Below the pieces are notes generated by a model that had not been told where the DNA came from, searched no databases, and saw nothing but the letters and a program-made list of their open reading frames with translations. From positions 1 to 54,495 of the forward strand of contig JAQBYT010000027.1 of the NCBI GenBank assembly GCA_027622665.1: a DNA stretch of 54,495 bases, written 5' to 3'. Source of the DNA: Verrucomicrobiota bacterium (lineage in GTDB: Bacteria; Verrucomicrobiota; Verrucomicrobiia; Opitutales; Seribacteraceae). Positions 49,099 through 54,495 of this stretch are shown piece after piece. Positions within the stretch are counted from its first letter, which is position 1, and each line of letters opens with the position of its first letter. A program made the position numbers and the translations under genes.

Positions 49099-50031
49099 GT
49101 GAGAATCTTAATTACCGGAGGCGCAGGCTTCCTCGGCAGTCACCTTTGCGAGCGTTTGCTCGACCAAGACCACGACGTACTATGCTTGGACAACTTCTTC
49201 ACCGGGCGCAGGCGCAACGTGGAACACTTGCTGGAGAAGAGGAGGTTTGAGCTCATCAGGCACGACGTGGTGGATCCGTTTAAGGCGGAGGTCGACAGAA
49301 TCTTCAACCTCGCTTGCCCGGCTTCGCCCGTCCATTACCAGTACAATCCCATCAAGACGACAAAGACTTCGGTCATGGGAGCCATCAATTGCTTGGGTCT
49401 AGCCAAACGAGTGCAGGCTCGTATCCTTCAAGCTTCTACCTCTGAAGTGTACGGAGACCCGGACATACACCCACAACCCGAGTCCTACCGAGGGAACGTC
49501 AATCCGATTGGTCCCAGAGCCTGCTACGACGAGGGGAAGCGATGTGCGGAAACTCTCTTTTTCGACTACCATCGTGAAAACGGAGTGGATATTCGCGTCA
49601 TTCGGATTTTCAACACCTATGGCCCCCGCATGTGTCCCGATGATGGGCGAGTGGTTTCGAACTTTATCGTGCAGGCCCTCAAGGGAGAAGCCATCACCCT
49701 GTACGGCGATGGCTCCCAGACCCGCTCCTTTTGCTACGTCGACGACTTGGTGGAAGGCATGATCAGGGTGATGGAGCAAGAAGAGTCCGTGGGGCCAATC
49801 AACTTGGGAAACCCGTCGGAATTCACTATTAGGCAACTAGCCGAAAAAGTTCTGGAGAAGACTGGTTCCGCCTCGCGACTTATAGAGAAACCACTCCCCG
49901 AAGACGATCCCACCCAGCGCCGACCCGACATATCCCTGGTCCACTCGCTTACGGAATGGACCCCACAAATCGAACTGGACGAAGGTCTCGACAAGACCAT
50001 CGCCTACTTCAAGAAAACCTTGTCTCTTTGA
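49099..50031 (+). CDS. UDP-glucuronate decarboxylase (UXS-like extended SDR)
   Basis: [55 protein letters not shown]. Confidence 0.93.
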   Translation: MRILITGGAGFLGSHLCERLLDQDHDVLCLDNFFTGRRRNVEHLLEKRRFELIRHDVVDPFKAEVDRIFNLACPASPVHYQYNPIKTTKTSVMGAINCLGLAKRVQARILQASTSEVYGDPDIHPQPESYRGNVNPIGPRACYDEGKRCAETLFFDYHRENGVDIRVIRIFNTYGPRMCPDDGRVVSNFIVQALKGEAITLYGDGSQTRSFCYVDDLVEGMIRVMEQEESVGPINLGNPSEFTIRQLAEKVLEKTGSASRLIEKPLPEDDPTQRRPDISLVHSLTEWTPQIELDEGLDKTIAYFKKTLSL

Positions 50032-50076
50032 CATAAAGGTTGCCGTCGCAACCTCTGTCGGACCGAAACAGAATAA

Positions 50077-53000
50077 ATGAATCCACTCGCTCCTTTCAAA
50101 ACAATCTTAAGCAGCCTCAAGGGACGTAGTTACCGCAAGTATATCAAGCGGTGTGTTCCAATCGTTAAGGAGATCAACTCCTTGGAGGTGCAGTACCAAA
50201 ATCTTTCCGACGACGAACTTCGCGCCAAGACCCCGGAGTTCATGGAACGATTTAAAAAGGGAGAAACTCTGGAGCAACTTCTCCCAGAGGCGTTTGCCGT
50301 AGTGAAGAATTGCGCTCGTCGCTTGTGCGGAAGTTCGATCATGGTTTGCGACCAACCGTTGGACTGGGAAATGATCCACTACGACGTACAGCTGATTGGC
50401 GGAATGGCTCTTCACGATCGCCATATCGCGGAAATGGCAACGGGTGAGGGGAAGACTCTCGTGTCCACCTGCCCACTTTACCTGAATGCCCTGTCGGGTC
50501 GGAATTGCCAACTCGTGACGGTGAACGATTATCTGGCTCGTAGAGATTCCCTCTGGATGGGAGCCCTGTTCGAGTGGTTGGGTCTAACCGTGGGTTGCAT
50601 CCAGAACGGCATGGAACCTGCCATGCGTCACAACATGTATTCTCGTCACATCACCTACGGTACTGCCTCCGAGTTCGGTTTCGACTACTTGCGGGACAAC
50701 GGAATGGCCACTTGCCAGGAGGATCAAGTGCAGACCGATTATTACTTCTGCATCATTGATGAGGCCGATTCCATTCTTGTGGATGAGGCGCGAACTCCCT
50801 TGATCATTTCCGGGCCCATGCGTGAAGATCACCCACTGCCCTTCATGGAAATGAAGCCGTTGGTGGTGAAACTATTCGATACCCAAATCAGTGATTGCAA
50901 CAATCTGGTATCCGAAGCAAAGCGAGCCTTGGAAGACGAAAACCTAGCTGAGGAAGAAGCAGACGAGCAGATAGCCAAACTCTACAAAGTAAAAAAAGGT
51001 ATGCCTTCCAACAAGCATTTCCTTCGCATGATGGAGGTCGCCCACATTCGTAAGAAGTTCGAGAAGTTCGACCTTGAGATGAATTCGGATTACAACAAGG
51101 AGCGAGCTCATGGACTGAAAGAAGAGCTTTTCTACGTAATCGATGAGAAAAATCAGCAGTCCGACCTCACGGAAAAAGGGCGCAACCTAATCAACCCAAC
51201 GGATCCCGATGGATTCGTGATACCCGATTTGGCTACCCTCTATGTCGAAATCGACCGCGACTCCGATGCCGACGACGACGAAAAACGCCGGCGAAAAGAA
51301 GAGATTGAGGGTGACTTTCAGTTCAAGAGTGAACGAATCCACACACTCTCTCAACTTCTGAAAGCCTACGGTCTCTACGAGAAGAACAAGGAGTACGTGG
51401 TTCAAGGGGGAAAGGTAATGATCGTCGACGAGAATACGGGACGGCTCATGCCCGGCAGAAGGTGGAGTAACGGTCTCCACCAAGCCGTAGAGGCAAAGGA
51501 AGGCGTGATGATCGAGAAGGAGACCAAGACCTACGCCACCATTACCATACAGAATTACTTTAGGATGTATGAAAAGCTCGCCGGGATGACGGGGACCGCA
51601 GAAACCGAGGCCGGAGAATTTCACGATATTTATCGCCTTGGAGTCATGGTCATCCCAACCCACAGACCCTGCGTTAGGGACGACTTGAACGACCTCATGT
51701 TCAAGGGGCGCCGGCAAAAATACAACCAAGTCATCGAGGACATCAAGGAAGCCCACGAAAAAGAACAACCTATATTGGTGGGAACGGCTTCGGTCGAATC
51801 CTCCGAAGTACTCAGCCGCATGCTCAAGCGGGCCAACGTCAGGCACACCGTGCTCAACGCAAAGTTTCACGAAAGGGAAGCCGAAATTGTTGCCGAGGCA
51901 GGGCAAAGAGGGTCGGTCACAATCGCCACCAACATGGCTGGACGCGGCACCGACATCAAGCTGGGAAATGGAATAAAAGAACTGGGCGGACTCCTCGTCC
52001 TAGGCACCGAAAGACATGAATCTCGTCGTACCGATAGGCAGTTACGCGGAAGATGCGCCCGTCAGGGAGATCCCGGAATGTCTCGTTTTTACGTATCACT
52101 GGAAGATGACCTCATGCGCCTATTTGCCAATCAGGGCGCCTTGTCGAAAATGCTAGAAAAAAGCTTTGGAGACGACGAAATGCTCGAGCACGGCACTCTC
52201 GACTGGTCCATCCAGAACGCCCAGAAGAAAGTGGAGCAGCAAAACTACTCTATTCGCAAACGTCTATTACAGTACGACGACGTGCTCAACCGTCAGCGGG
52301 AAATCGTATATTCCATCCGAAACGACGTAATTAAGGAGGAAGAACCAAGCAAGATCCTGTTTGAGCTCGTGGAAGAGGAAATCGATACCAGGCTCGATGC
52401 CGTTTCCCCTAACGAGTTCAAGGCGAGTAGCCAAGACGAGGCTCCCGAACTGGAATCATTTCTCGCCACTTGGGTAAACGTCACATTCCCTCTCTCAGTT
52501 AAACTGGATGACATTCTCGGCAAGGAGCACGAGGAGATAAAGGATCTCATCCTCGAAAAAATCAACGCTGCCTACGATGCCAAGCGGGCTCTGGAAAACC
52601 CCGATTCCGTGGTCGGACTTGAACGGTACGTTGTCGTAAACGCCACCGACGTTCACTGGCAGGATCACCTCACCGAAATGGAAGAGCTTCGCCGGAGCGT
52701 TGGTCTCCGAGGTTACGGGCAAAAGGATCCGCTCAGCGAGTACAAGAACGAAGCATTTCGCGCATTCGATGAAATGATGGGCGCGATGCGTTCCGACGTC
52801 TGTTCGGGCATTTTTCGTTCTTCGACGAATGTCGCTGCCTTTGAAAACATGCTCGCCACCCTCAGTAGCGTGGCCAAGACCACCGGTCCAGCAAGCACCG
52901 GCGAGGGAAGTTTTTCGGGCAGCGCTTCAACTGGCGCGGCAAAAGGAGCACTAGGTGGAGATGCGCCCGAATTGCCTTCCGAATCGGAAATGCTTCGCGT

Positions 53001-53109
53001 ACCCGTGCCGGTCGTACGCGACGCCCCAAAAGTAGGTCGCAACGACCCATGCCCATGCGGTAGCGGAAAGAAATACAAGAAGTGCTGCGGAGTTGGCGTG
53101 AGCGTCTAG
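50077..53109 (+). CDS. secA: Preprotein translocase subunit SecA
   Basis: [59 protein letters not shown]-terminal [18 protein letters not shown]. Confidence 0.99.
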   Translation: MNPLAPFKTILSSLKGRSYRKYIKRCVPIVKEINSLEVQYQNLSDDELRAKTPEFMERFKKGETLEQLLPEAFAVVKNCARRLCGSSIMVCDQPLDWEMIHYDVQLIGGMALHDRHIAEMATGEGKTLVSTCPLYLNALSGRNCQLVTVNDYLARRDSLWMGALFEWLGLTVGCIQNGMEPAMRHNMYSRHITYGTASEFGFDYLRDNGMATCQEDQVQTDYYFCIIDEADSILVDEARTPLIISGPMREDHPLPFMEMKPLVVKLFDTQISDCNNLVSEAKRALEDENLAEEEADEQIAKLYKVKKGMPSNKHFLRMMEVAHIRKKFEKFDLEMNSDYNKERAHGLKEELFYVIDEKNQQSDLTEKGRNLINPTDPDGFVIPDLATLYVEIDRDSDADDDEKRRRKEEIEGDFQFKSERIHTLSQLLKAYGLYEKNKEYVVQGGKVMIVDENTGRLMPGRRWSNGLHQAVEAKEGVMIEKETKTYATITIQNYFRMYEKLAGMTGTAETEAGEFHDIYRLGVMVIPTHRPCVRDDLNDLMFKGRRQKYNQVIEDIKEAHEKEQPILVGTASVESSEVLSRMLKRANVRHTVLNAKFHEREAEIVAEAGQRGSVTIATNMAGRGTDIKLGNGIKELGGLLVLGTERHESRRTDRQLRGRCARQGDPGMSRFYVSLEDDLMRLFANQGALSKMLEKSFGDDEMLEHGTLDWSIQNAQKKVEQQNYSIRKRLLQYDDVLNRQREIVYSIRNDVIKEEEPSKILFELVEEEIDTRLDAVSPNEFKASSQDEAPELESFLATWVNVTFPLSVKLDDILGKEHEEIKDLILEKINAAYDAKRALENPDSVVGLERYVVVNATDVHWQDHLTEMEELRRSVGLRGYGQKDPLSEYKNEAFRAFDEMMGAMRSDVCSGIFRSSTNVAAFENMLATLSSVAKTTGPASTGEGSFSGSASTGAAKGALGGDAPELPSESEMLRVPVPVVRDAPKVGRNDPCPCGSGKKYKKCCGVGVSV

Positions 53110-53131
53110 GGGCGATCGGCAGAAACTAAAA

Positions 53132-53152
53132 GAAGACGGAGACGTCGTCTTC
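53132..53152. terminator. Hairpin between convergent secA and flagellin-like gene
   Basis: GAAGACG-N7-CGTCTTC with A-rich left flank. Confidence 0.45.
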
Positions 53153-53164
53153 GGGAGGGAGGAT

Positions 53165-54493
53165 TTACATGCCCCCGCTCAGTCCCATCAGCGTGCGATC
53201 GACGTCTACGCTAAGCCGATTGTGCTTGGTAAGGGAATCCGTAGCAGCTCTAAGCAGAATCTGGCTCTTGGCCACTTCCACCATTTCCGCAGCCATGTCG
53301 GCATCCACGATGCGACCGCCAGCCAACTCCAAATTCTGAATATTTGTCTCCAACCGAGACTCGCTGAAGGCCAGACTGTTCGTGGTGGCACCGTTGACGG
53401 CTCTGACATCGGTCAATGTCTGAATGAAGTTATTAAAGTCGGCGTGAGAAAAATCCCACAAATCCTTTCCGGTGTCGTCCAGTCCCTGTTGCACTCCGGA
53501 AACCGTTCCGCCTGTCGCGTTAACCGTGTATGTACCTGCAGCTGTAGCGGCAACACCCGCAAGGTTTACGTCAATTGTACCGTTGGCATTTATGCTTGCT
53601 GTGGCTCCCGCGAGAGTGGCGGAAACTGGATCCGTCACTGTGACTACAGGAGCGGGTTCAGCCTGAGAATAACCCGATCCGATCCCATTCAACGCCGTGG
53701 GTATGGAAGCTATGGTACCGTTAGAAGTGGCGATTGTGTATGTTCCTGTCGGCGAGGCTGCGGTTAGGCTTACGCCGGTGAGGTCAACATTGAGCGTCCC
53801 ATCGACGTTAATGCCGGTGACGGAAGCAGTGCCGGTGACGTTGGTACTACCGGGGTCGGTCACGATTATCGTCGGCACGGGTTCCGCAGGATTATATCCT
53901 GATCCTACATTCGAAAGGCTAGTCTGTGCTAGGCTTGGAGATCCCGTGGCGGGTGCTATCAGTATGTCGTTGGCAGAAGTGGTACTATTCGTAAAGGTAA
54001 TCTGGAGCGAGCCGCCTACTTGCCCGATGCCTGATGCGGTCAAACCTCCTGCGGGCGTGAGGCCCGTACCGACGTCAGTGAGGGTAACGGCCACGATTTC
54101 ACCATTTCCATAACTACCCGAATCTGCCGCTATGGTTTCGTTTGAAAGTTGAAACATTGTTCCCGGATTTGCTTGCACTTGGTATGTACCCGGAGGGGTG
54201 CCCGCAGGCACGGCGCTCAACGTAAGGTTGAGAGTGCCATCGTTGTTGTTGGTTGCCGTGGCGGACATTCCTGCGACTCCGGTCACATTTGCCGTAACCG
54301 CTTCGCCCGTCGCGTAACCAGTGCCTACGCCTGTGAGTGAGCCCGGTGTTGTCGGAGCGGCCGTCAAGTTCCCCGGAGCGACGTTGACGGTGATTGGATT
54401 GGCAGAAGTGGGTGTGCCAGAAAAAGCGATTAAGACGGAACCGTCCGGTTGGCCTGTACCTGTCGCGGTGATGGGTGTCGCGGTGGCATCGAC
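53165..54493 (-). CDS. Flagellin-like protein with tandem ~70-aa beta-rich repeats (5' end beyond window)
   Basis: Flagellin C-terminal domain (LTDVRAVNGA...NIQNLELAGGRIVDADMAAEMVEVAKSQIL); frame stays open from the track TTG at 54367 to the window edge (VDATATPITATGTGQPDG...). Confidence 0.88.
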   Translation of the reverse strand, partial: VDATATPITATGTGQPDGSVLIAFSGTPTSANPITVNVAPGNLTAAPTTPGSLTGVGTGYATGEAVTANVTGVAGMSATATNNNDGTLNLTLSAVPAGTPPGTYQVQANPGTMFQLSNETIAADSGSYGNGEIVAVTLTDVGTGLTPAGGLTASGIGQVGGSLQITFTNSTTSANDILIAPATGSPSLAQTSLSNVGSGYNPAEPVPTIIVTDPGSTNVTGTASVTGINVDGTLNVDLTGVSLTAASPTGTYTIATSNGTIASIPTALNGIGSGYSQAEPAPVVTVTDPVSATLAGATASINANGTIDVNLAGVAATAAGTYTVNATGGTVSGVQQGLDDTGKDLWDFSHADFNNFIQTLTDVRAVNGATTNSLAFSESRLETNIQNLELAGGRIVDADMAAEMVEVAKSQILLRAATDSLTKHNRLSVDVDRTLMGLSGGM

Positions 54494-54495
54494 CG

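Noticed and set aside
50850..51330. Insertion in the SecA preprotein cross-linking region
   Set aside because: Long-form SecA with an insertion here is known from other lineages; not novel.

Overview
Bacterial chromosomal segment, most likely from a Verrucomicrobiota (Opitutia-like) genome; this is inferred from PVC-type content (SHD1, DUF1501 and GYF_2 proteins, long-form SecA, integrase tail motif). The largest feature is missing from the ORF track: a minus-strand ORF from 12492 running off the left edge (at least 4164 codons, no stop). It encodes a giant secreted LamG/PA14/DUF2341/Ig/FN3-like surface protein in which whole domains are inserted inside other domains, up to two levels deep. 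The middle is mostly housekeeping: BI-1, gpmA, folE2, pdxH, menB, ferritin, pilT, msrPQ-lptCAB-hprK, dnaA, hemL, nadE, maf, secA. Interspersed are two stand-alone flagellin-like genes with large inserted domains, a secreted clan-CD protease with an EF-hand, an orphan PIN nuclease and a C-type lectin. A decayed islet at about 43.6-47.0 kb holds gene fragments and an internally deleted tyrosine-integrase relic abutting the 5' end of tRNA-Pro(GGG). All family calls come from manual motif recognition; no database searches were run.
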